Shown here: piece by piece, positions 11,001-19,948 of the stretch
How the letters are laid out: every line of letters begins with the position of its first letter
How positions within the stretch are numbered: the stretch's first letter is position 1
IMG/VR virus record: IMGVR_UViG_3300031998_000007
DNA from: a virus
Taxonomy: Duplodnaviria; Heunggongvirae; Uroviricota; Caudoviricetes
Length of the DNA: 64,000 bases
Reading direction: 5' to 3' (one strand)
The notes under the pieces: model-generated
What the model was told of the DNA's origin: nothing
Databases searched by the model: none
What the model saw: the letters and a program-made list of their open reading frames with translations, nothing else
Position numbers and translations under genes: made by a program

Positions 11001-11672
11001 GAAACCCAGGCGACCATCGACGAACGAATCATCACCAACATGTCGTTCTCGGAAATCCACAATTCCTACGACCTCGGCGGTTCCAATCTGGCATGGCACG
11101 GAAACGGCGTGTTCTTCGGAACGCTGTTCACGCCGGTCATGACGCAGGAAATCAAGGCAGGCGCCAAGATGGGGTTCTATCTCCGTCAGCCCGGATCGGC
11201 AGGTCAGTTCGCACTCGCCATCTACGAGTTCGACCTGGACAGCCCGAACGGCATCACGCTCGTTTGCCACACCAATTTCCACAACTGCAGCGACTTCGCG
11301 CAATCAAGCGCATCGGTGTCCGCCTTCCGCGAACTCACCATACCGTCGGGCAATATCAGCGAAACGCACAACAAGCTGTATTCCGACAAGCTCTACTACA
11401 CCGCGCTCATCTGCAAGAAGGACTCTGGCGGAAATACCCCGGCAATGAACGGTCTTTACGGCTGTGGCGGCTACAATATGCAGTGCAACGGCGTTCCGCG
11501 TCTTACACTTCATAGGCCGAACCTGGAAAACATGACAGGCGGCAGCATCAACAACCTTACCGACGCGACATTCGCGCAGTATCTCGGGACATTGAGCTCC
11601 ACCGAGGGCAGCGAGGACATCGACACGGCCCGTATCTTCATGTCCATCCGCAACATCCACACATCAACCTAA
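8025..11672 (+). CDS. Tail fibre protein (1215 aa)
   Basis: Fibre motifs KLNGIEDGANKYVHP, FATAAQGAKAD, SREDHVHP, GLMTGEDKEKLD; tandem DGxL...FSANQ repeats; S/T/G-rich. Confidence 0.75.
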   Translation: MAEKQVRIKDLPPWRAGYVPGAYVALDSQMQITGKVTLDEFRSWMGGGGGVDPSELNKKADKVGTGHNGKMAMFDAYGNLADSGINKSGVQTAVSWAHQHGNQNILSQITAPYRTNDAQKLNGIEDGANKYVHPTADPFGLGLYKVARDNKGHISAYEAVTAADLDAIPGVEITDTTYEAADGIKLDTSGNKNTFKHTNHVSPGQTGTGTATEGPTVEVPYVKYDDNGHITEAGTRTHTVTGTLPTSQAADNILSADENNNVSWQQIVAHVFGEAPDAVSLWLSYKGKEFAARRAYGDESGRNIKEAIDDRPTLDAMNTAIELALANYGGFKIVSLTSTEPKVPDVQEPSPRFIYLTKDSQSTKKDKYTEWIWSIPDGSAQGSWEVIGETSVDLSNYIQKLTNATTGNLVKVKADGSLEDAGAKVSDFATAAQGAKADTAVQDVRVNNQTVVGNDKIANITVPVAGNSAPLMNGVSSVGTSSAFSREDHVHPSDTTKQNNLPTSGTPSDTYAINITGSAQTAENVHDGTLSIQVGTAAAQTFSANQADNDPVSVSVPMGKSTNGGATTYQEGLIAPADYQKLDNLQVNDGKLKVKLGSAQSASNLFSANQSSDATLEVPLASHVTENDSTTYTEGLMTGEDKEKLDELKNFSKVTVDTDGTPAGEVDIEPSDEKSTLRLKAGNNVVLTADPNTNEVEISAQGGSQAVPVSVSAGRGVSVTEYTDYTGAKDFEVSLDHAIGYLGGDAGVINVSASPTNLITSSMVIKLDSANDRFLFAEDPNTHQMCVFALKTIPNSDPQLNDGVDGVDLFELTYDVRLERTRSTGFYGFGDISVQRVLSGSSNEGLELHHMSYPAEVSMCSLTGTVTISNNSGKDFTINGKVYHAYMLTYAGDVSATGDVILLFPRIAVKEYMSGTAEYDSSQSTQYNSGIATTVDASNHNINVNIGKGLEADGNNNLQVKVKAGGGIIIDPTDGVSVVLAGTAQEAVEIAKETQATIDERIITNMSFSEIHNSYDLGGSNLAWHGNGVFFGTLFTPVMTQEIKAGAKMGFYLRQPGSAGQFALAIYEFDLDSPNGITLVCHTNFHNCSDFAQSSASVSAFRELTIPSGNISETHNKLYSDKLYYTALICKKDSGGNTPAMNGLYGCGGYNMQCNGVPRLTLHRPNLENMTGGSINNLTDATFAQYLGTLSSTEGSEDIDTARIFMSIRNIHTST

Positions 11673-11681
11673 CGAGGAACC

Positions 11682-12023
11682 ATGCTTACTACTTACAACA
11701 GACAGGAACTCATGCAGAACCAGTCCGGCCCCAACGGCACGGTCCTCTACGAAAGCCACGGAAAGACCGGACTGGAATGGAACCAGTATATCGGCCAAGT
11801 CATCATCAACGACTTCATCAAGCAGCTCCCGCAGTATGAAGGTCTCGACTTCGACCCATACATCAAGGACGTAGTCCCCTACATCCAGCTCGGGCTGTTC
11901 GATTCTGCCATCGCTAAAATCAACCAGATTTCAATTTCGGGCCTGGAAAAAATCCAGGAATGGCTGTTAAAGTCCCTCCAAGAAGGAGAAGACCGCCAAC
12001 TTCCCAGTAAGGAGGAAGCATAA
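11682..12023 (+). CDS. Small fibre-associated protein (possible assembly chaperone)
   Basis: Directly follows the fibre gene with a GAGG RBS; resembles the N-terminal domain of 14873..16309. Confidence 0.5.
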   Translation: MLTTYNRQELMQNQSGPNGTVLYESHGKTGLEWNQYIGQVIINDFIKQLPQYEGLDFDPYIKDVVPYIQLGLFDSAIAKINQISISGLEKIQEWLLKSLQEGEDRQLPSKEEA

Positions 12024-13273
12024 TGTCTTTTGCAAATCCTAGTGTCCGCTACAACGAACAGACCCTCGACGCTACCGAGCAGGCCCGTGTCCGCTCGCAA
12101 ATCAACGCGCAGGAAGCCAAGGAAGGCAAGGACGTCGTCGCTACCGACCTTATCGAGAAGCTCGCCAACCTCCCCGGCAACGCACAGGAAAACTCCATCG
12201 AGGCCATCAAGGTGAACGGGACCGCGGCGACGATCGATCCGACCGACAAGTCGGTCAACATCGCGGTGCCTACCAACCGGACAGTCCACCTGGCAATCGA
12301 GGAAGCCGATAGCTCGATTACGTCTATCGCCAGCCTCCCCACGAACCCGAGTGACGACCCGTGGATTTATGCCCCGTGCGCCCAGAACGCAACGACCGAG
12401 GAAGATCCGAACGACCCCGGCCAGACGGTGAATGTCCCGGCAAAGTCCGGCTTCATGTCCGCGGTTGACAAGGTCAAGCTCGATGCGCTGTTCAGCTCAA
12501 TCTATGCAAAGATTAGCGGGACCGACACAGAGGTCACCCCGGGCGACTCCGGGAAGCTCATCTTCGCGGAAGGCACCAACGTCACGCTTGCAGTATCCAC
12601 GGACGCAACAACCGGCGACAAGACACTCACAATCAGCTCTACCGGTGGCGGTGGTGGCGGTGGCGAAATGAACGTCATCAACGGCGTCAAGCTGTATGGC
12701 GCATCCGATCCGCTTACCCCGGATTCTACCACCAAGGTAGTGACAGTCCCCCTCGCAACCGCGGCAACGGGGGGAGCCGGCGGAGCCGCTGGTCTTCTCA
12801 GCGGTGCGGAAAAGGAACAGATTGGCGAGTTAAACACTTGGCTCTCTTCGGTATGGCCTACACCTGATGCCAGCGACAACGGCAAGGTCCTCGGCGTAGT
12901 CGATGCAAACGGCACACTCGACTGGGTTTCCGGCGGTGGTGGCGGTGGCGAAACGAACGTCATCGAATCCATCCGTCTCGAAAACGACACCGCGGACGTG
13001 AGTATCACCAACAAGAAGGCCACTATCCCGCTTGCTACCGCACCGGCATCCGGCTCCACCGGAAACACCGGCGTAGTCACTGCATCGGACAAGGCAAATA
13101 TCGACAATGCCGTCCAGTGCAAGGTGAACCCCGAGGAAACGGGAACCCCGACACTGCTCCCGCAGCAGTTGTTCGTCGTCGAAAGCGACTCGCAAATCAT
13201 TGACATCGTCCAGAACCACAGTTCAGACATCGGCGGAAAGGGGACGCTGTTCTTCCGCATAACGGGAGTCTAG
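12023..13273 (+). CDS. Tail fibre-like protein
   Basis: EQARVRSQI, IEAIKVNG, GFMSAVDKVKLD; two poly-Gly + NVI...VPLATA repeats. Confidence 0.65.
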   Translation: MSFANPSVRYNEQTLDATEQARVRSQINAQEAKEGKDVVATDLIEKLANLPGNAQENSIEAIKVNGTAATIDPTDKSVNIAVPTNRTVHLAIEEADSSITSIASLPTNPSDDPWIYAPCAQNATTEEDPNDPGQTVNVPAKSGFMSAVDKVKLDALFSSIYAKISGTDTEVTPGDSGKLIFAEGTNVTLAVSTDATTGDKTLTISSTGGGGGGGEMNVINGVKLYGASDPLTPDSTTKVVTVPLATAATGGAGGAAGLLSGAEKEQIGELNTWLSSVWPTPDASDNGKVLGVVDANGTLDWVSGGGGGGETNVIESIRLENDTADVSITNKKATIPLATAPASGSTGNTGVVTASDKANIDNAVQCKVNPEETGTPTLLPQQLFVVESDSQIIDIVQNHSSDIGGKGTLFFRITGV

Positions 13274-13274
13274 C

Positions 13275-14870
13275 ATGGGAACAAAAACTCACTGGGGCAA
13301 GATAGCCTGTCATTTCCCGAGCAGGGGGAACCCAAACGCCGACACCTACGGCATCAAGTTCCTCAAAAAGAACGGGGGGTCCAATGACCTCATGGACATT
13401 GACCGTGTCTACATGATCCCACCCGGCGCGACTGTCCAGTCCGTGGCCGACCTGGAAAAATACATCGTGTGGACGACAGACATATCGCTTGAAGAAACCA
13501 ACGATGCAGTCACGATTGAATACATCCCGGTAGAGGACATCAGCCTCAGCAACCTGGCGATATTCACGGAAACGTCTGAATCGTCTACCTCGGTAAACGT
13601 TGCCATCTTTCACGAGAGCGGCCTTGTTGTCGCAAAGGTCAGTGGCGACACGATTTCAAGCGAGACCATGTTCGGCAAGAATGGCTACCGCCGGCTTGCC
13701 GCGGTGTCCGGCGTGACCCTCAAAAAAGGCTACAAGTATTACATCCAGTACACCAATAGCAATGCCTCATTCAAGCCGGAAGCCATTAGCGGATGGCACG
13801 GCAACTACCTAAAATGGACGCATGGTCAGGCCCAGAGCAAGAGCATCGCCAACATCAACGATACAGACGGTTATTATGGGGAAACCGGTGACATCGACAC
13901 GTTCATTGCGACCACCGCCGGTGTTTTCTATCGGTGGACGGGGAGCTTTACCGGCCTCTCATCAGGGACAATCTACATAAGAAATTCTGCCGCCTCCGGG
14001 CCATACATCGGCGCTGTCGGAACATCCGGTACCAGCCTCCCCGTTGCAGCAAAAGACACAATTCTGGGCGCAGCCGCAAACAATGTATTCCGCTACGTCG
14101 GGTGGAACTACAACGAAGGCGGTCAAAACGTCCTTGAAGAAAACCACATCTACACCCGCACGGCATCGCTCGATCCGTTGCAGTATGAGGGCATGAAGTC
14201 AACTGCCAAGGACCTTCTCAATGACCTCGCATTGTACGACTATGCAATCTACACCGGCAGCAACGTCAGCTCTTACCTGATACAAAACAGGATTTACCGG
14301 AAAATTGCCAGCATAAATGTCCCGGAAGAAATCAATTTCGGCGATTACGGCAATTACATGGACGCGCTGATGGCCCTCATCAACAAGAGCTACGTAGCGG
14401 GCGGCACAAACAAGGCCGTCGGCGCAACCGGTGAATTCTACTATGCCGACCATACCGGCGACGTATATACCCTCAAATCGGGATATACCGTAGATTTCGG
14501 CCCAAACGATGCAGGATACGGCACTTCATACACCGGATGGACAGCTAATTGTATCTATTACCTGAACGAAAATGGGCAATATCCTGACGGCCACCACAAC
14601 CCAGGCATTTATGCCTATACCGGTTCCGCGTTCACCATAGTTGGCGACACTAGCTCAGGTCAGCAAACTGTTCCCAACTTCTTCGACATCGTCTCGCTCT
14701 TTTCGGCGGTGACCGAAGTGCCATTGGAAGACGCGGTCAACCACATCGGAACGGCGTCGGACCTCGCATCCGCCGCTTACGACAACACCTACCAGTCCGA
14801 CGGGGTCAGGTCGGCGACGAAATACACTGACCAGAAGTTTTACCTTGAACTAAACGGTATGGAGGTTTAA
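13275..14870 (+). CDS. Hypothetical structural/receptor-binding protein
   Basis: Y/G/T/N-rich ORF in the fibre operon, more AT-rich than its neighbours. Confidence 0.55.
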   Translation: MGTKTHWGKIACHFPSRGNPNADTYGIKFLKKNGGSNDLMDIDRVYMIPPGATVQSVADLEKYIVWTTDISLEETNDAVTIEYIPVEDISLSNLAIFTETSESSTSVNVAIFHESGLVVAKVSGDTISSETMFGKNGYRRLAAVSGVTLKKGYKYYIQYTNSNASFKPEAISGWHGNYLKWTHGQAQSKSIANINDTDGYYGETGDIDTFIATTAGVFYRWTGSFTGLSSGTIYIRNSAASGPYIGAVGTSGTSLPVAAKDTILGAAANNVFRYVGWNYNEGGQNVLEENHIYTRTASLDPLQYEGMKSTAKDLLNDLALYDYAIYTGSNVSSYLIQNRIYRKIASINVPEEINFGDYGNYMDALMALINKSYVAGGTNKAVGATGEFYYADHTGDVYTLKSGYTVDFGPNDAGYGTSYTGWTANCIYYLNENGQYPDGHHNPGIYAYTGSAFTIVGDTSSGQQTVPNFFDIVSLFSAVTEVPLEDAVNHIGTASDLASAAYDNTYQSDGVRSATKYTDQKFYLELNGMEV

Positions 14871-14872
14871 CC

Positions 14873-16309
14873 GTGAAACAGTTCTACGCGCTTGACAAAG
14901 CCACCCGCGAAATTGCATACCAGTCCGCCAGCCTCTTCATGCTCAAGGACGCGATCAAGTATGACAACCGCGACGAGGCCGACTTCATTTTTACAGAGGA
15001 CATCGACATGAAATACCTTTCCCGCGTTGTGTATGTTGACGACCAGTGCATATACAACAACAAAGATTTCTGGACGAACTCCGCGGCGGACATTATCGAA
15101 AACTACGACGAGCACACAGTCCTTGACTTCTTGGGCAAGCCTGTCGACAAGGTCCGCTTCGAGGTTGAATACAATTCCAACTCGTCCCGCATCGCGGCAA
15201 TCGACGGCGTGGCGGGCGAGGTTGACTACAATATAGAAGTGGCGAATGAGATGATAGCCCTCTTCAAGGAAGAGTGCATCCTCACGGATTTCATTGGCAT
15301 CACCCCGCTGGAAATCGCCGAGAAGTTAGCGCCGGCCTACACACTGGTGCTTACCGGTTCATTCCGCGAAGCGAAGACCGTCTTCCAGGCACTCGACACC
15401 GACCCGTTCCTTACGGAAGAACGCAAGCAGAAGTACATCGACATGCTTGATGCCGCTGACTCAATCGAGTATGCGAGCGGCGACGAGCTCATCTTCACGA
15501 CAGAACCGACAGAAGAGCCGGAAGATCCAGAAGAACCCGTAGAGACCCCCACGTTCACCCGCGTATATACCATGGACCAGTCATCCAATATGACGAAGCT
15601 CCATACGTTCTACTACGCGCCTATCCAGATGGCCGACACCGACAAGCTGTTAATGGTCATCAGGCATGCCGAACGCGACGATACATCCAGCGAGGGCGAC
15701 CTCAACGAAACCGGCGTGAACCACGCGACATCAATCGGTACCAAGCTGGCCTACGGCGCAACCCCGTCTTCCAGCAACCCGACGCCGATCAACATCGAGG
15801 CGAACGACGCCCATTACTGGTCAACCGAAATCCCCCGCACGAAGCATACCGCACAGGCAATCGCCGCGGCCCGTGGAGATACGGACTCGGATGCAGCGGA
15901 CTACTCCGGCGTTACCGTGGACCAGGACCTGCTCGAAGGCTACCGGTTCATGAAGACACGCCCGTCGTCCGGCGCCACCGCCCTTCTCAGGAAGTATTCG
16001 AACGACCCGTCCCAGCTCACCGAGGACGAGCTCTCCACATACTTCGGGGTCAGCACGGCGGAGGAAGCGGTCGCCAAGCGCAACGCAGACACGTTCCAGT
16101 TCGCGAACGAGATGCTCGCGAAGGCAGACAAGCGGCTTAACGTGTTCGTGACACACGACTACTTCATCGGCCCGTTCATCGCAGGCATCACCGACGGACA
16201 GTTCGACAGCAGCAACACCAACCCGTGGGTCAAGTATTGCTCCGGTGTGGCCCTCGTCCTGCACGAGGACAACACCTACGACGCATTCCCGATCAAGTGC
16301 GACGCATAA
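14873..16309 (+). CDS. Fusion of a fibre-associated N-terminal domain and a C-terminal histidine phosphatase
   Basis: VIRHAER...LNETG...STEIPRTKHTA...VFVTHD are histidine-phosphatase catalytic motifs; acidic TEPTEEPEDPEEP linker. Confidence 0.75.
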   Translation: MKQFYALDKATREIAYQSASLFMLKDAIKYDNRDEADFIFTEDIDMKYLSRVVYVDDQCIYNNKDFWTNSAADIIENYDEHTVLDFLGKPVDKVRFEVEYNSNSSRIAAIDGVAGEVDYNIEVANEMIALFKEECILTDFIGITPLEIAEKLAPAYTLVLTGSFREAKTVFQALDTDPFLTEERKQKYIDMLDAADSIEYASGDELIFTTEPTEEPEDPEEPVETPTFTRVYTMDQSSNMTKLHTFYYAPIQMADTDKLLMVIRHAERDDTSSEGDLNETGVNHATSIGTKLAYGATPSSSNPTPINIEANDAHYWSTEIPRTKHTAQAIAAARGDTDSDAADYSGVTVDQDLLEGYRFMKTRPSSGATALLRKYSNDPSQLTEDELSTYFGVSTAEEAVAKRNADTFQFANEMLAKADKRLNVFVTHDYFIGPFIAGITDGQFDSSNTNPWVKYCSGVALVLHEDNTYDAFPIKCDA

Positions 16310-16332
16310 CTGTTTCGTAACCCGAAACCGAC

Positions 16333-16341
16333 TATAAACTA
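16333..16341 (+). promoter_or_regulatory. Putative late promoter TATAAACTA
   Basis: Exact motif about 29 nt before the ATG at 16371; overlaps the hairpin AACTAGGGG...CCCCTAGTT. Confidence 0.75.
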
Positions 16342-16370
16342 GGGGCTGAACAACCCCTAGTTTTGTTTTT

Positions 16371-16646
16371 ATGGAAGAGATAGACAAGCTCGTAGAAGCA
16401 GCCCGCAGTGACTGTGACGACAATGTCCTCGTAGATGCGTTCGGCAAGGCCGCATACGCCATCTTCGGCGAACCGCTCATAGAAACAGTGGTATATCGCG
16501 AAGGCCACAAGAACTCGAAGGGTGAGGATGCCCCGTGGGTCATCGAATCCCACGAGACGGGCGAAATCCTGAGCAGCCATCCGAGCAAGGAAGCTGCCGA
16601 CGAGCATCTCGTTCAGATGCGCAAGTTTAAACACATGAAAGGATAA
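16371..16646 (+). CDS. Small putative internal head protein
   Basis: N-terminal leader resembles 23828..24220 (DDN[V/I]L...AF.K.A.AIF). Confidence 0.6.
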   Translation: MEEIDKLVEAARSDCDDNVLVDAFGKAAYAIFGEPLIETVVYREGHKNSKGEDAPWVIESHETGEILSSHPSKEAADEHLVQMRKFKHMKG

Positions 16647-16649
16647 TCA

Positions 16650-17519
16650 ATGGGACGTCAACTCGTCATTTCAGTCGCCGGTGGCGGTGCCCTGGGCATC
16701 GGCCCCCTGGCCTTCCTCTGCAAGGTAGAACAGCTCACCGGGAAGAAAATCCCCGACATCGCACAGGCATACGCCGGCACGTCAACCGGCGCAATCATCG
16801 CTGCCGGTTTCGCGGAAGGCTATTCCGCCCATGACCTGTACGACCTCTACCGCAACAACCTGAAAAAGATTTTCACGAAGTATGGCGTAATCCAGCGCCT
16901 TAAACCGAAGTGTCCGACCTACAACAACTCCAACCTCAAGAAGCTCTTGCAGGAGAAGTTCGCCGGCAAAATCGGGACCTGGAAGAAACCGGTCTATATC
17001 CCGTCCACCTGCATGAACGGCTCTTCTGTTGAAAAGGTGTGGGATCTTGGTGACAAAGATGTTGATAAGTGGTTTGCAGTGTTGACAAGCACGGCAGCCC
17101 CGACCTACTTCGATTGCGTCTACGACAGCGACAAGAACTGCTACATCGACGGTGGCATGTGGAAGAACTCCCCGGTCGATGTCCTCAACGCGGGCCTCCT
17201 CAAATCCGGCTGGTCCAACTTCAAGGTCCTCGACCTCGAAACCGGCATGGACACCCCGAACACCGACAGCGGCAACAAGACCCTCGTCGGCTGGGCGGAA
17301 TACATCTTCTCCGACTGGGTGGCAAGGTCCAGCAAGTCCGGGGAATACGAAGTCAAGTCCATCATCGGGGAAAAGAACGTCCTCGCAGTGCGCCCGTATG
17401 TCCAGAAGAAGCCGAAAATGGACGACATCTCCAGCAAGAACCTCGACAATGTCACGCAAATCTGGGAAGAATACTTCTACTCCAAGAAGGACGAAATCTC
17501 CAAATGGCTGAACCGCTAG
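16650..17519 (+). CDS. Patatin-like phospholipase
   Basis: GGGALG oxyanion loop, GTSTG nucleophile, AAPTYF and DGG catalytic Asp. Confidence 0.9.
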   Translation: MGRQLVISVAGGGALGIGPLAFLCKVEQLTGKKIPDIAQAYAGTSTGAIIAAGFAEGYSAHDLYDLYRNNLKKIFTKYGVIQRLKPKCPTYNNSNLKKLLQEKFAGKIGTWKKPVYIPSTCMNGSSVEKVWDLGDKDVDKWFAVLTSTAAPTYFDCVYDSDKNCYIDGGMWKNSPVDVLNAGLLKSGWSNFKVLDLETGMDTPNTDSGNKTLVGWAEYIFSDWVARSSKSGEYEVKSIIGEKNVLAVRPYVQKKPKMDDISSKNLDNVTQIWEEYFYSKKDEISKWLNR

Positions 17520-18199
17520 ACATCGTAGTCTCACTGACGACCTGGTCCGGGCGGATCAACTGCCCGGAGCTTCCCCGCGTCCTCGCCCGATGGCTCACGC
17601 AGAAGACCCCGTTCAGGTACAAGGTCGTCCTGGTCCTGTCCACCGACGAGTTCGGCAGGGGCTACCGTCTCCCGGACGCGATTTCGGTCATGGCGCAGAA
17701 CTCCCCGAAGTTCGAGATACTCTGGACCAAGGAGAATACCCGCGCCCTGAAAAAGCTCGATCCGACGATGAAGAAATACCCGGACATCCCGGTCATCACG
17801 ACAGACGACGATGTCGTAGTGTCCCCGTTCACGGTGGACTACCTCACGCGGCTCCACAAGGCATACCCGAAAACAATCCTCGGCCACTGGCTGCAGTCCA
17901 CAGCCGGCGTGAAGCTGGTCGCGGGCCTGCGCCTGTTCCCGCCACACTCCCTCGCGGACTGGCCCACGGAATGGTTCTCCAAATACTTCAAGATGCTCCA
18001 CGACGACGAGTGGAACGGTCTCCGCGCAATGGCAAAGGGGACCCCGCTTGCCAGGATCCCCAAGAACGTAATCGAAAACATTGACTACGGCGACGAAAAG
18101 ATTGCTTTCAGGAACGAATACAGCAGGTTCCGTTACGGCGCCGCGCTGAAAGAGTTCATGCGGGAGCACCCTGAACTCGGACTGCGCCTCCCCGTTTGA
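17504..18199 (+). CDS. GT-A glycosyltransferase-like protein
   Basis: IVVSLTTW.GRI, FEILW, KKL.P, VITTDDDV, HDD; start overlaps the patatin end. Confidence 0.7.
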   Translation: MAEPLDIVVSLTTWSGRINCPELPRVLARWLTQKTPFRYKVVLVLSTDEFGRGYRLPDAISVMAQNSPKFEILWTKENTRALKKLDPTMKKYPDIPVITTDDDVVVSPFTVDYLTRLHKAYPKTILGHWLQSTAGVKLVAGLRLFPPHSLADWPTEWFSKYFKMLHDDEWNGLRAMAKGTPLARIPKNVIENIDYGDEKIAFRNEYSRFRYGAALKEFMREHPELGLRLPV

Positions 18200-18788
18200 G
18201 AAGGTTCATCCTCTCCCTGGTCTCGCCATTTACGGTAATCACCTTATACGGTTTGCCCGCGCCCTTCACGCGGGCAATATTGTTCCTGGTGCCTATGCTG
18301 GCACCGTCCCACAACATGAGCGCAGAATCGCAGTCACGGCACATCGCGGCATCCTTCACCGCATAAAAGGCCTCGCCATGCAGACCGATGGTCTCCCCGT
18401 TGCATGAGATGATGCAGCATCCCGGCACATAGTCGCACCGCGGGGTCGAGTTGCTCGTGTATATGGTGACGTTCTTGTATTCCTTGCGGGCAAGGTATCT
18501 CTGGACGGCGGAATCCACGCCATAGCAGTCGCCCACGAGGATTTCCGCACCCTTCATGATGAACTGGTCGATAATGCGCTCGACCTCCGGGGTGAGAACC
18601 TTGATTGATGCAGAACCAGATATGAACAGCTTCATGCCGCGCCTCCATGCAGCCCGCGAAACCATGGCATCGTGCAGCGAGCAATACACAAGAACGACAA
18701 TCCACAGGGCGAAGCAAATGCCCATCAGCGCGAAGACCATCGCGGCCATCGAACCGAGAACAGTAATCATGTCGTCAACGAGTGCCAT
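18156..18788 (-). CDS. SLOG-family (YspA/DUF2493-like) protein with a possible N-terminal TM helix
   Basis: KLFISGS, ILVGDCYGVD, KDAAM, LWDGASIGT; GGAGG before a possible internal start (MKLFISG). Confidence 0.65.
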   Translation of the reverse strand: MALVDDMITVLGSMAAMVFALMGICFALWIVVLVYCSLHDAMVSRAAWRRGMKLFISGSASIKVLTPEVERIIDQFIMKGAEILVGDCYGVDSAVQRYLARKEYKNVTIYTSNSTPRCDYVPGCCIISCNGETIGLHGEAFYAVKDAAMCRDCDSALMLWDGASIGTRNNIARVKGAGKPYKVITVNGETRERMNLLKRGGAVRVQGAPA

Positions 18789-18793
18789 GATCC

Positions 18794-18807
18794 AAATATA
18801 CATTATT
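18794..18807 (-). promoter_or_regulatory. Putative class-II promoter AATAATGTATATTT
   Basis: 5 nt upstream of the ATG at 18788; overlaps the stop codon of the MFS gene. Confidence 0.55.
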
Positions 18808-19948
18808 TTCTCACGTTGGCTTCCATCACGGTGAACGCGATGAAGTAAAGGACGGCAAGAACGGCATAGAGCGCGGTCCCGGACAGGTTATTCGCGAGCA
18901 GCGGCCCGAAAATTCCGCCCACGCTCCACCCGGTAAGGGTCATGGAATGGACGCGGGAAGCGTTCTCGATGCCGAAGCGCTTCGCCAACAGGCTCGGAAG
19001 GCCGGAGAAATTACCGCCGTATGCGGCCTCCACCATGAGTATGCCGAGCACAGTCAACGGGACGCTCCCGGTAATGCAGAACAGGGAACCGAGAATACCG
19101 AAACTGCAAATGAAATGATACGACGCCTTGCGGCCTATGCGGTCGGAAAGCGCAGAGAAGCCTAGCCTACCGCCGGAGTTAGCCAATGCGGTGACTGACA
19201 GGACGGCGCCTATCGCGGCAATGCCGAGGCCGGAAAACAGCCCCTTCTCCTGCGAGATAATCGCCAAGCCGCAGCTGATGTTGGTCATGAACATGAACCA
19301 GATGGCCCACCATTCCCTCGACCGCAGCAAATAGGAATAACGGAAGCAGTCGAGGTTCTTCGGGATTTCTATACTCGGGTATTTCCTGATAAACAGGCTG
19401 GACAGCACCATCACCACGGCATATACCGCACCAAGCGCGTAGAACACGCCATACAGCGGCAGCGTGGCAAGCAGCCACTCGATAACCGGGGATGCGACGA
19501 ACTTGGCAAGTCCAAACCCGGTAATGGCCAGCCCGGACGCAAGCCCCTTGTGGTCGGCGAAAAACTTCATCAAGCTCTTTACCGGCGTAACATAGCCTAT
19601 GCCCGTCCCGGCGCCTATGAACATCGTCGCGATGTAGAAGGCCGCCACGGATTCGATAAGGACAGACGTCCCGAGCATCAGGAAGCCCGTGATGAAGATT
19701 ATCGTGGACAACCACGCGCCGAAACGCGGGTTCTTCTCGATGGCCGATCCGAAAATCGCGGCGCACATACCGAGGAAGAAGATGATGAGGGTAAACCCTA
19801 CGCTCACCGCACCCTTCGACAAGTCGAAAGTCTTCATGAGCTCGGGGGCGAACTGGCTCCAGCAGTAAACGGAGCCAATGCAGGTCGTCAGCGCCACGCC
19901 GGGTATGGCGCAGTTAAGCCAGCGGTTCGGCATATTTTCCTGGATCAT
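18803..19948 (-). CDS. MFS transporter, OFA (oxalate:formate antiporter-like) family
   Basis: About 12 hydrophobic segments; CIGSVYCWS, GIGY.TPV, F.DHKGLASGLAITGFG, N..GRL.F..LSDRIGRK, YGG.F. Confidence 0.85.
   Translation of the reverse strand: MIQENMPNRWLNCAIPGVALTTCIGSVYCWSQFAPELMKTFDLSKGAVSVGFTLIIFFLGMCAAIFGSAIEKNPRFGAWLSTIIFITGFLMLGTSVLIESVAAFYIATMFIGAGTGIGYVTPVKSLMKFFADHKGLASGLAITGFGLAKFVASPVIEWLLATLPLYGVFYALGAVYAVVMVLSSLFIRKYPSIEIPKNLDCFRYSYLLRSREWWAIWFMFMTNISCGLAIISQEKGLFSGLGIAAIGAVLSVTALANSGGRLGFSALSDRIGRKASYHFICSFGILGSLFCITGSVPLTVLGILMVEAAYGGNFSGLPSLLAKRFGIENASRVHSMTLTGWSVGGIFGPLLANNLSGTALYAVLAVLYFIAFTVMEANVRK

Noticed and set aside
16650-17519. Patatin as a CBASS (CapV-like) defence effector
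   Set aside because: No cyclase or other CBASS genes are nearby, and it sits in a late phage operon.
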